DNA of 61,468 nucleotides from the NCBI GenBank assembly GCA_027923505.1, contig BROI01000005.1, positions 1,178,001-1,239,468 on the forward strand, in the 5' to 3' direction. This document shows, piece by piece, positions 34,247 to 44,440 of the stretch (the stretch's first letter is position 1; each line of letters opens with the position of its first letter). A program made the translations under genes and the position numbers. Under the pieces are notes generated by a model. It had not been told where the DNA came from and made no database searches. It was given only the letters and a program-made list of their open reading frames with translations. The stretch comes from Mayamaea pseudoterrestris. Its lineage: Eukaryota.

Positions 34247-34876
34247 TCAGGAGTTGTCATCTTTGAAGCAGTAAGCTTTTGCAATGCTTTCCACAGTCTT
34301 CAAGCCGTCTCGTAGCGTATTAGTCATGGCATGCCGTTGGTTTGGATCAGGACGGATATTGTCAAACTTCGACTGGCTATATCGATTGCCGCCATCCGTT
34401 GCTCGCAGAAGCACCAAAGGTTCAATACTTTTGCGATTGGACATCCATCGAATGCTTCCCGGATCAATGACAAACGCCTGACCCTTTTCAATATCCAAAG
34501 TCTCGACAATTCCACTTTGCGAGAGTTTGCCTGAGCCAGAAATGACATAGTAAAACTCGACGAAACGCGTCGTGAACGAAGGAATTTCTCGACCTGGTTG
34601 GACCGTTAGAATGGACACATTCAACCGCCATGTAGCTGCATTTTTGGGAGACACTAATAACTGCACAGATCCATTGTCGCTGTTTTGTATAAAGTCTTTT
34701 GAACTAGTCGCCATGGATGGGCGTCGCCAGGGTGCCTCATCTTTCGTTTCCCATTTCCAAAGATAATGCCATCCAACTTTCATACGAGCAGTCAAGCCGA
34801 ACTCCTTGTCAATAGATGAATATAGCAATGAGAGTCCCATTCCTAGTACTGCAACAGGGTACAACAAAGGTGGCAT
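34247..34876 (-). CDS. Cupin-domain protein with N-terminal membrane anchor
   Basis: LTVQPGREIP, VEFYYVISGSG, IEKGQAFVIDPGSIRWMSN and EPLVLL form a cupin barrel. The usual metal-binding His residues are not evident. Confidence 0.8.
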   Translation of the reverse strand: MPPLLYPVAVLGMGLSLLYSSIDKEFGLTARMKVGWHYLWKWETKDEAPWRRPSMATSSKDFIQNSDNGSVQLLVSPKNAATWRLNVSILTVQPGREIPSFTTRFVEFYYVISGSGKLSQSGIVETLDIEKGQAFVIDPGSIRWMSNRKSIEPLVLLRATDGGNRYSQSKFDNIRPDPNQRHAMTNTLRDGLKTVESIAKAYCFKDDNS

Positions 34877-35449
34877 GAGTGGCCTGTTACAAAATGCCCA
34901 CGCACACTCACACATCGATTAGGTTCCAAGTTTACCTGTACCAGAAAGAAACATGCGATTCAAGCCGAAAGTGGATGTTCTTAGCACGATTCCCTGCGCT
35001 TTCGGTGCATTTTCTGCCTTCTTTTCGCTCAAAAGCGAGGCTAAAATGCAGACTGCTGATACCAGTAGTCCCCACGACATGGTTTCGTCGAGCGAAGATG
35101 GGTGACACCTCGAAGCGGCCGTATGTCCATTTTGTGATGGGTTTATGTGATTGACTGTGAATGCGTTCCGATCGCGCACTGTGCTCATAAAAGATGAACG
35201 TCGCACCGAATATTGCTGAGACACGGACAAGTACTGCGTGTTGTTTGACGTACTACCGGTATTTGTTTACACAATATGCTATACTGTATTTATACATTGA
35301 TGCTATCGTGTCCAACAATATTCATCAGAATAACTTGCAAGGTTTTAACTATACAATATACTCAGATAGGGTTAGCGCATGATGATAGATTCGACTGCTG
35401 CCGTGACAAACAGTAGCCCATTCACGGCGTCGCCTGCCATCCGGTCAAA

Positions 35450-36433
35450 TCAGTTGCTCCCACCGTATCTGTATGCATAATTGTAGTAGCTTCCATCATT
35501 ATCAGGATTGTAGCCGCCGCTACTAGTACTGTCAGTCGCATCGTCGGCTGTGATTCCATCATCATCCGCCTGCGCATTTGTATCGGCAACAAGTGTTGCA
35601 TTCGTGTAATTACCAGCAATAACTGCATCGTCGTCAATGTCGCGATTACCATAATTATATCTGTAAGAATTATATGGATCATCGTCGTAGCTCAAGCCCG
35701 ACACCATGGTCGAATTGGTCCGCGAATCGCTTCCGGAAATCTTGATAGATGTAGTAATCACTAGAAAGGCAACACTGCAAATGACAGTCCCTATTAAGGT
35801 CCATTCAATCAACCTTCGAATTGTCTTCGGTATCCAGCCACCAACCGGAATAGCAGCGCCATAGGAAGTGTCTTGCGGCGTCCACTCCGACTCGCGAAAG
35901 TCGCACACCGAATCGTCCTCGTCAAAAGGCTTTGGCGATGCTGGGCGCTTGTTGGAAGAGAACCACGAGGAAATTCGTCGAGAGCTTGGTTGTCGTAATG
36001 TAGTTCGGTCGTGATCAGCTGGATGCTGAATTGTATCGTTTTGTGTTGGTGATGGATGGGTTTGCATTGATGAGGATCCATGCAGCGCTTCGACAGGTGA
36101 TGTATTTGCCAAGGGATGATCACCACTATCCATTGTCCCGCCAAAGTAGGCGTCACCACTCCCAGCTCGATACTCTAACCAGTAGTCAAGTGTATTGACA
36201 GTTGCTCCCGGCGTCTCCGCTCCTCGAGTATTTCGATTGCTCGACGTCCGAAGCCACGAGACCCGCTTCATCCATGATAAACCAGAGTCAGTGGAAGGGA
36301 CCTCATCCATTTGGCGTGACGAAACAGCTTGCTGTGTGGATTGGGACCGTCGCTGTGATTGCTGTTGGTTCGTAGATGCGCTGTCAATGGTGGACCAACT
36401 CGCCGTCGCGTCGCTGCTTACTGCTTGGATCAT
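35450..36433 (-). CDS. Uncharacterised single-pass membrane protein
   Basis: 327-aa ORF with TSYGAAIPVGGWIPK before a TM helix (WTLIGTVICSVAFLVITTSI) and an Asp/Tyr-rich tail. Confidence 0.75.
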   Translation of the reverse strand: MIQAVSSDATASWSTIDSASTNQQQSQRRSQSTQQAVSSRQMDEVPSTDSGLSWMKRVSWLRTSSNRNTRGAETPGATVNTLDYWLEYRAGSGDAYFGGTMDSGDHPLANTSPVEALHGSSSMQTHPSPTQNDTIQHPADHDRTTLRQPSSRRISSWFSSNKRPASPKPFDEDDSVCDFRESEWTPQDTSYGAAIPVGGWIPKTIRRLIEWTLIGTVICSVAFLVITTSIKISGSDSRTNSTMVSGLSYDDDPYNSYRYNYGNRDIDDDAVIAGNYTNATLVADTNAQADDDGITADDATDSTSSGGYNPDNDGSYYNYAYRYGGSN

Positions 36434-37054
36434 GATGAAGTCGAATAAGAGTCGATTGTATATTGGAGGTTTCTATTATCGCGTCTACTTGTTGGCCTAG
36501 TCAAATTTTTCGTCTCCTTCACTTTACAGTATTAGATTAGTCGGACCGAGTGCCATTGCAAGCTACTCCTATATACCCGTACACTTCTGGCAACCGACGG
36601 CCGAAATCTCATCGTCGTCCACGCTACTTGCTGCTGGACCGACGCGCTCGAGCGTTAATGCTCCGCAAACGCCGATTGGCTAATTTTGCTGATGAAATTT
36701 CAAAAACGACTCGTCAGGCGCGCACTCCCGTAGAGTATGTACGTGAGCACCGTACGGCACTGGCGCTGAAGAAGATTGTGGAAAGCGGAAAACTTCATCG
36801 TGTCGCACCGTTGTCGATAGGATCTGGTCGCGGTCGCCGCGCAGTCTGCATGCGTTGATATTATGGTGAACTTCCGGCCGACGAGCATCACACTTCCTTC
36901 TTCTTAAGGGCGCTTCAAGCCAAAGCCAACCATCCATTCAATTTGTGTCGTTGCGCCTGATTTTAAAAAAAGGTGCACTGTGTCTGCCAATCGATTGAAT
37001 CATCAATCGTTTCGCAAACATCAAACTATCTATTCTTTACTAAATCATCGAGTC

Positions 37055-40000
37055 ATGACTTTCGATCGCTCTGAATCCGATGACTCCTTTGCGAGCAAGG
37101 TCGTCATTATGGTCGATCCTTACTCGACAGGCTGTCTTATCGCGCAGGAGATTGCAAAGCGCGGCTTTTCCATCATGGCCGTTTGGTCTAAGGGCTTTTC
37201 CATGGAGATGCGTCAGCATATTCCTCGCGCGTGCGGTCCGATTCAGTATATCGCAGAAGTGGAGGAACAGGAAACGATCGAGGAGACTGCCAAGGCTTGT
37301 CATGCGGCTGCTGGTCCGGAGTTCAAGTTGCATGCCTGTTTGGCTGGTGGAGAAGCAGGAGTTGATTGTGCTGATGCGCTTTCGGAATGTCTTGGCCTTT
37401 TGACAAATGGAACCAACGGCGAGTTTAAGAATCGACGTGATAAGAAAATTCAGCAGGAACTTATTTCCAAGCATGGGCTCCGATCGGTTCGTCAAGCTGG
37501 CGGTGACAAATTTGAAGACATTGAGGCTTTTCTTAAGTCGGAGGATTTTCCAGTGGTGCTTAAGCCAACGGAATCGGCCGGCAGTGATGGAGTCAAGCTC
37601 TGCAACGATTTTCAGGAAGCCAAAGACCATTTCCATCTTCTCATGAAATCGCAAATGGTCAATGGCGGCCTGTGCGGAAAAGTTCTTGCCCAAGAGTTCT
37701 TGCGGGGCAAGGAATATGTCATCGACCACACTTCCTATGATGGCTGCCACAAGACCAACATGTTGTGGGTGTACGACAAACGATCGGCGAACGGATGTGC
37801 CTTCGTGTATTTTGGTATGATTCCAATCGACTCGGAAAGTGCGGAAGCTCAAATTCTTATACCATACGTATGTGAATAGAAATTGTTAACGTGCGCTTGC
37901 AAATGTTTGACTTGGGACCCATTGGTGACACTCACAACTACTTCCGTGTATCAACAGGTGCGAACTGTGCTGGATGCCCTCGGTATGCGATATGGACCAT
38001 CACACTGTGAGGTGATGATGACAAATGATGGGCCCTGCTTGGTCGAAATGAACTGTCGCGCCCATGGCGGGGACGGCAACTGGCGACCGCTTAGTTCATT
38101 CATCACTGGATATTCGCAGGTCGAAGCCACTGCGGACTGCTACGTCGACCCAAAGGCTTTTGGCCGTATTCCAGACAAGCCGCCCAGTCCATTTCGAGCG
38201 TCGGGACAGGAGGTCATGTTTGTGAGCTTCTCCAAGGGCAAAGTCAAGAGTATGCCAGGTTATGATGTCATCCAGAAGCTACCGTCGTTTGTTTCATACG
38301 AAACAGGAGTCAAGCCTGGATCAGAGGTTGACTACACTGTGGATTTATTTACTGGTATTGGAGGAGTCATTCTCATGCACTCGGACATGGACATTCTTGA
38401 AAAGGACGTTGAGTTTATTAGGTACTTGGAGAAAATCAATGGCTTCTTTGTGTATGAGCACCAAATGGAGAATCTTAAGCGGCCTACTGGAGAGTCCATT
38501 GTACTCAGCGCAGTTGGAGGCGGCAAGGGCGCTGCTGCGCACCGTCGTGTCTTTTCATCGGATGGGCCAAATCTGATTCGACACATGTCAAACGATCGCC
38601 CGGAACTGCGTGGGCCATTGATGAAGCGCATGACCACTGTTGACTCCTCAAAGGAGTGCGTTGTCATAGTCGATCCCTACTCGACTGGTTGTCTCGTGGC
38701 AGAGGAGACGATGAAGCGTGGCTTCAAAGTGATCGCGCTGTGGACTCGCGGGTTCTCGCTCGAAATGAGGAAACATGTCCCGCTGAGTGTGGGTCAGTTG
38801 AACTACGTGGCAGAAGTGGAAGAAGACGAGAATGGCGACTTGCAGGAAACATCTAACCGTGTTTACAAAGCGGCTGGGATTTTGCGCGTGGTGGCCGTCA
38901 TGTGTGGTGGTGAAGCTGGAGTCGATTTGACCGATGCATTGTCGGAAAAACTTGCCCTTCGCACCAATGGTACACACATACCCAATAAGCGAGACAAGAT
39001 GGTGCAGCAGGAACTCATCCGTAAACGGGGACTGCGCTCGATTCGTGGAGCAAGTGGTCGCAAGTTTCTGGAGGTGGAGCCTTTCTTACGCCGTGAGAAG
39101 TACCCAGTTGTTTTAAAGCCAACCGAGTCCGCCGGCTCCGACGGTGTGAAGCTGTGCTATAATATTGAAGAAGCAAAGGAACATTTCGATGCCTTAATGG
39201 CGTCTCAGATGGTGAATGGCGGCCAGTGTGGCGCCGTCGTATGCCAGGAATTTTTGCGCGGCAAGGAGTATGTGGTCGACATGGTGTCACGCGACGGAAA
39301 GCACCGTTGTATGATGGTGTGGGTTTACGACAAGCGAGTTGCCAATGGGTCTGCCTTCGTCTATTTTGGGTGCATCCCTGTGGATTCTGAGAGTCCCGAG
39401 GCAAAAATTGTCATTTCCTACACTAAGCGTGTCCTTGATGGACTTGAAGTGAAGAATGGTCCATCGCACAATGAGATCATGATGATGAACGATGGCCCTT
39501 GCCTTGTAGAAGCCAACGTGCGATGTCATGGGGGTGACGGTTGCTGGCGCTCGCTATGCCGCGAGTTGTGCGGTGGCTACTCACAAGTCGAGTGCGCAGT
39601 TGACTCTTTCCTGGATGCCAAGGCCTTTGCTATCACGCCAGAGAAACCACCGAGCCCCTTTAAAGCTGCAGGTCAGGAAGTCATTCTGGTTTCATACGAG
39701 CGGGGCAAGGTCAAGTCCACGCCTGGGTTCGATGCTATTATGAAGCTTCCTTCTTATGTCTACCTTGAGACTGGTGTCCAGGCTGGAGTGGATGTCGACT
39801 ACACTACTGACCTCTTTACAGGCATTGGGAGTGTGATTCTTATGCACAAGGATGCAGATATTGTTAAGAAAGATATAGAGTTTATCCGCGATTTGGAGAC
39901 ATCCAACAAGATGTTTGAGCTTGAACCTTCGCAAATACTGTTCAAGTCTCCAAGTGCCAATGCATTGAACGACATAGATGGAAATACAGGAAGCTTTTAA
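37055..40000 (+). CDS. Tandem (double) ATP-grasp ligase, L-amino-acid ligase/carnosine-synthase-like, 951 aa; exons 37055-37867 and 37958-40000
   Basis: Two full copies of VDPYSTGCL, GGEAGVD, RDK..QQELI, PVVLKPTESAGSDGV, QEFLRGKEYV and GPSH.E.MM..DGPCLVE.N.R.HGG. A 90-bp GT-AG intron (37868-37957) removes the stop at 37877. Confidence 0.9.
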
Positions 40001-40266
40001 TGATTCATTTCAACAAGGTTATCACTACAAGTTATGTAAGCATCTCATCTTACTACGACGTAGTATGCACTGGTAAAAGGACCGGTGTTGGTCGTGAAAG
40101 CACCTACCGGTAGTAAACCCGTTGAGAAGATAGATGGGCGTCGTACCGGTACCGGGGTTTCTCGTACGATAGCCGGCATTTTTGTGTGCGTCGCTCGCAC
40201 CATAGCCTTGCTACACTCATTGATTGCAAGTACATTTGTTCACCACAGTCTGTCTACAAAAGAATA

Positions 40267-41470
40267 ATGTCTGACCAGCAGCCTCCAAATACCAAACTGC
40301 TCCCTGACTCTTTTAATGATGGTGTAACAGCGATTTCATATCTTCCCAATCCATCGGTGTCTTTGCTTGCTGCGAGCAGCTGGGATGGGACGTTGAAAGT
40401 TTACGATACCAAGGATACATCATTGCAGCTCAGTCAGGCGATGGAGTCGGGACCCTTACTATGTTTGGCAACTCCTGGAGACAAGGCTGTCGTGACTGGA
40501 GGTCTCGATGGATCGATTCGACGCATGGAGCTCTCGTCGCCATCATCTGAATTGATTGGACGACATGAACCGAATCTTGGCGACCCGTCGCTATTGGCGT
40601 GCTCATGCTTGGCCGCGTTACCTTCTATGAATGTCATTGCATCAGCGGGCTGGAACAAGAAAGTTTCCATTTGGGATCTTCGAACACAAGGTGCCATCGC
40701 TGTAAGTTCCGTTGCATTGTAAAACTTCATTTACTGTTAGTCAGCCTCTTTGGTATAGGTTTTTCTCATTAATTGCCTTTTGTCTTGGCGACAGAATGTA
40801 GCAATACAAGAAAAGGCGTATGCTATGGATGCGGACGACGGCCAAAGCCGCCTCGTTGTCGCGACGGCTGGGCAAGGAACCACCTTCATTGACGTTCGAA
40901 AGACAGACCACGAAACGACAGCAATAATTGCATTGGCGCGGCAATCACATCTTAAGCACCAGATTCGTTCTGTCAAATTTTTCCCGGATGGCAATGGGAT
41001 TGCCATTGCGTCAATTGAAGGCCGTGTTTCGATTGAACACTTAGAGGATCTGGGGTTGCCTCCGACTAGCGCCAAGTACACTTTCAAATGCCATCGTGCA
41101 AATGATTGTGTGTATCCCGTCAACTGTATTGCTTTTCATCCTCGGTTTGGAACTTTTGCGACCGGAGGATGCGACGGAACGGTTGGTAAGGCAATACATG
41201 AGTAACTTCGATATAATTTCTCGAATCGCGTTTAAACTTCCTAACTCATTCTCATTTTCAGTGATATGGGACAGCCAGAATAAGCGAAAGGTGACAGCCC
41301 TTCCGGCCTTTCCAACTTCAATTTCGTCTTTAGCTTTCCATCCGAGTGGCAACGAGCTCGCGATTGCGTCCAGCTATACGTACGAGGAAGGCGAGAGAGA
41401 GCACCCCCGCGATGAGATCTACATTCGGCCCGTTTTGGATAGTGAATGCATGCCCAAGCTGAAGTCGTAA
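40267..41470 (+). CDS. BUB3: Mitotic checkpoint protein BUB3 (WD40); exons 40267-40701, 40795-41185, 41262-41470
   Basis: SSWDGTLKVYD, SIEGRVSIE, KYTFKCHR, YPVNCIAFHPRFGTFATGGCDG and LAIASSYTYEEG motifs. Two in-frame GT-AG introns. Confidence 0.93.
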
Positions 41471-41522
41471 AACCTTTTTATATGAAACCTGGGCAACAAG
41501 AGTACTTTCTTATGAAACATAA

Positions 41523-42242
41523 CTATAGACCGAGAGAGTGTAGCATGCGAGTGTACTTGCGTGACATGCTTTCCGAAATATCGTCGTAGGCCATCATAAT
41601 CAATCCCCTATTCAGCGTCTCTTGTCGCTGCCGCCGAATTTGTAAAGCTTCCGCCCAAGCTTCATTGACCTCTGCTTCTGTGAATCCTTTTGCTTGCGTC
41701 AAAATCTGCTTCCGTTCATATGCATTAATCTTCAATTGCCGACGTGTTCGAGGCGGCCCACGCTCCTTTTCGTACTCATCAACGTCAACGACACATTTCT
41801 TCCCCTGTGATTCATAGTCCAGCATGACTGGAGGTCCATGAGCAGCTGCAGGATGGTGCCCGAGCGTCAAATCAAACTCGCGAATCTCGTGCCGGGAGAA
41901 ACTGACTTGGCGGCGTTGAATAATTGACGCACTGCCCAGATTTCTCGAGTCACTCGTCTTAAGAATAGATTTTGTATAGTATGGAGCACATTGGCAAGCG
42001 CATGTGTTCGCACAAGCCGTTGTTAATGACTCAATAAAGCCATTTTCGATTTCTGTTTCGTCGCTCACAGACTGTTTTTCATTGTCCTCGCGTCTTTCCA
42101 CGATATCGTCCTTTTGTAAATGTTGCAATTCTGAGTTCGAATCTGGAGGCAGACATCTAATGCAATGCGCATTTTCCTTTCCGTCATAGTATACTTCGAC
42201 ACTACCTACGAGGGTCAAGTGATTGCCGCTGTCTGTTGACAT
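41523..42242 (-). CDS. Uncharacterised protein with a VSF...LG.HP...GPP domain
   Basis: 239-aa ORF: KSILK, VSFSRHEIREFDLTLGHHPAAAHGPPVMLDY, VDEYEKER and GFTEAEV, a motif set I recall from expanded diatom families. Confidence 0.75.
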   Translation of the reverse strand: MSTDSGNHLTLVGSVEVYYDGKENAHCIRCLPPDSNSELQHLQKDDIVERREDNEKQSVSDETEIENGFIESLTTACANTCACQCAPYYTKSILKTSDSRNLGSASIIQRRQVSFSRHEIREFDLTLGHHPAAAHGPPVMLDYESQGKKCVVDVDEYEKERGPPRTRRQLKINAYERKQILTQAKGFTEAEVNEAWAEALQIRRQRQETLNRGLIMMAYDDISESMSRKYTRMLHSLGL

Positions 42243-42966
42243 TGCGAGACTGTCGCTCTGAGGAGAAGTAATGCGTCTTTGATGAGTCCTTCCACAGACC
42301 CGCTAGGTCTGTTAAGTTAAGTTTTTGTATAGAGAGGGCTCGCTGGGACACTGTCAGTGCATACTACTGGTAGTTTATGATGAAGAGCTTGTTATCGAGG
42401 CGAAACAAAAATATGATGTGTGAGGTGCAAAAATAAGTAGCCGATCGGCGAGCGTTTGCGACGGGGCCCGCGTGTTTTGTCGCCGGGCGGGTTTCCAATT
42501 TCTCGATACAAATAAAACTGCTTGCGCCTTGCGTTCCTCCGGCAGGCGGCAGTCATTGCGCTGTCAATGCAGAATGCATCACAGCTGGCAATATGCATAC
42601 ATTGTAAGATGATGAAACTATATAATCGTTAGAAGCAATTGACAGCATCATCTTACTCGTAGCTGCCAGTTTCCATTCTGGAAGGCGACAACAACGAACC
42701 TACGGACTCACGACACTGATCAACACAAAACAAACATAGTCGCTGGATGGTGGGCGCAACCAAGCGTTTCAGCCAATAAAAGAACGAAAGTTAACTTGCT
42801 TGTCTTATGCTTTAAAATTTAGCCGCGGCTTGAAAGACGATAAGTTGCTGCAGCCAATCGGGCTTGAATGTGTAATGTACAGTGAACTATGAAGACAATG
42901 ACAAAAGAGGCGCAGTTCTGCGTTTTGCGGTATGCAGACTGATTTAATACAATCATCTCGTATATT

Positions 42967-44172
42967 TCACGTATCCCGACTCTCCAGCACCTTATTCTTG
43001 CGTCGTCCCATCTCTTCGGACGCTGGCCCAATTGTGAAACGCCGTTCAATATTCGCTCCAGTCCCTTTAACATCGCCGGCCCACTTTTTAGCCTCGGTAT
43101 ATTCGTCATCTCGTGTTGTAGCTTCTAACATCCCAGCGTCCATGCTCTCATCGTCCTCGTTTAACACAATGATTACCCGTTCCCTTGCCAAGTGGTGACC
43201 GAGCTCGGCAGCCGTCACCAGCCACTCCAAGGCTGCTCCACGATCGCGCGACACACCAACGCCATCCAAAAGACACTCACCCAGCATGTATGCAGCTCCA
43301 GCATGACCCAGATGTGCTGCTTGTCGAAACAACCGCACTGCATAGTCAGGGTTCTCCGGGCAACCCTCTCCCGTATAGTATGCAACCGCGAGCTCGTACG
43401 TAGCCGTAATGTGCCGGTGCAAGTCGACACACCGACGCCACCAGATGACAGCTTCCTCAGGGTTAGTCTCCATTCCCGGAAGGCGACCTTCATTCAACAT
43501 GATCGCGTACAGGCACATGGCGTCTGGGTGTCCGTGGCTGGCAACATCTTGGAGTAGCTTGAAGCCATGCTTTTGTCGTTCGAGTTCATTCTCCCGGGTT
43601 ACGTAAAAGCTTGCAATTCGAAATTGCAGATTCTGGCAATTTGCAGCATTGTTTCGGTAGTTTGGGCTCATGCTACAAAAGCGCAAGTCAAGTTCGAGCG
43701 AAGGGATCTCGTCAACCGTCGGAACGTTGCGTGGCCATGTAATGGAATTATGAATCTGAGCATTGGATGACTGCGTCACGTCATTCCATCTTCGCACATA
43801 ATCGAAAAGTAGTGATCGATGGTACTGCAATCCATTTATAAATCTCTCTCGCTCCGAATGCCCGGATGGATATCCTTCGTCAAATTCGTGAAGTTGCTCG
43901 TCACAACGTGTGGTGCTTGCCTTTGGCGTGAGGGCGTAGGCGCTGTGTCTCGACAAATGCTCACATAATTTCCGGCATTGTAGCGAGTCAAACATAGATA
44001 TGGCGACCAATCCCCCACCCAAGATTATGACACTAAAAGTTGCTGGCTCGGACTGCCACAGTCTTTTGCTTGCAGTGGCAGCCAAACGAGAAGAATAGTG
44101 GTACCAGAATGTTGCTGTCTGATTCCTCCATTCTTTCCAAAAATACAGCCTGGTTCTATTCCATCGCAGCAT
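42967..44172 (-). CDS. Sel1-like repeat protein
   Basis: Repeats GHPDAMCLYAIMLNEG, ATYELAVAYYTGEG, AAHLGHAGAAYMLGECLLDGVGV and AAELGH. Arg-rich N-terminus plus a TM segment. Confidence 0.88.
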   Translation of the reverse strand: MLRWNRTRLYFWKEWRNQTATFWYHYSSRLAATASKRLWQSEPATFSVIILGGGLVAISMFDSLQCRKLCEHLSRHSAYALTPKASTTRCDEQLHEFDEGYPSGHSERERFINGLQYHRSLLFDYVRRWNDVTQSSNAQIHNSITWPRNVPTVDEIPSLELDLRFCSMSPNYRNNAANCQNLQFRIASFYVTRENELERQKHGFKLLQDVASHGHPDAMCLYAIMLNEGRLPGMETNPEEAVIWWRRCVDLHRHITATYELAVAYYTGEGCPENPDYAVRLFRQAAHLGHAGAAYMLGECLLDGVGVSRDRGAALEWLVTAAELGHHLARERVIIVLNEDDESMDAGMLEATTRDDEYTEAKKWAGDVKGTGANIERRFTIGPASEEMGRRKNKVLESRDT

Positions 44173-44440
44173 GTTTGTAGCTTGACAAGTTTTGCTTCTT
44201 CTGTTGATGACAAAATAATGGTCAAGAGTTGAAAGGGTGATGGATCCGCGGATCGATCGAATGATACTTCAAGCGGGAATCAAAAGACGTTCCATCACCG
44301 GTACGACGTCATCTTGATGATTGGCCGTTTGTGCGTGTTCGTCGAACCTCTGCGTCGCGTCGTCAGGCACCATGGTCTGGGTGCACACTGCAAATAGGCT
44401 AATGAGACCCTGAGATATAGTCAACAGAGACGAGACGATA

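Noticed and set aside
37040..37852. 270-aa antisense ORF over the ATP-grasp gene (and similar antisense ORFs at 609-1088 and 17852-18445)
   Set aside because: These are shadow ORFs opposite well-supported genes and have no motifs of their own.
34247..40000. Possible biosynthetic gene cluster of cupin + membrane protein + ATP-grasp tandem
   Set aside because: The cupin lacks evident metal-binding His residues, no transporter or tailoring enzymes are adjacent, and the other neighbours are housekeeping genes. Synteny or co-expression data would be needed.
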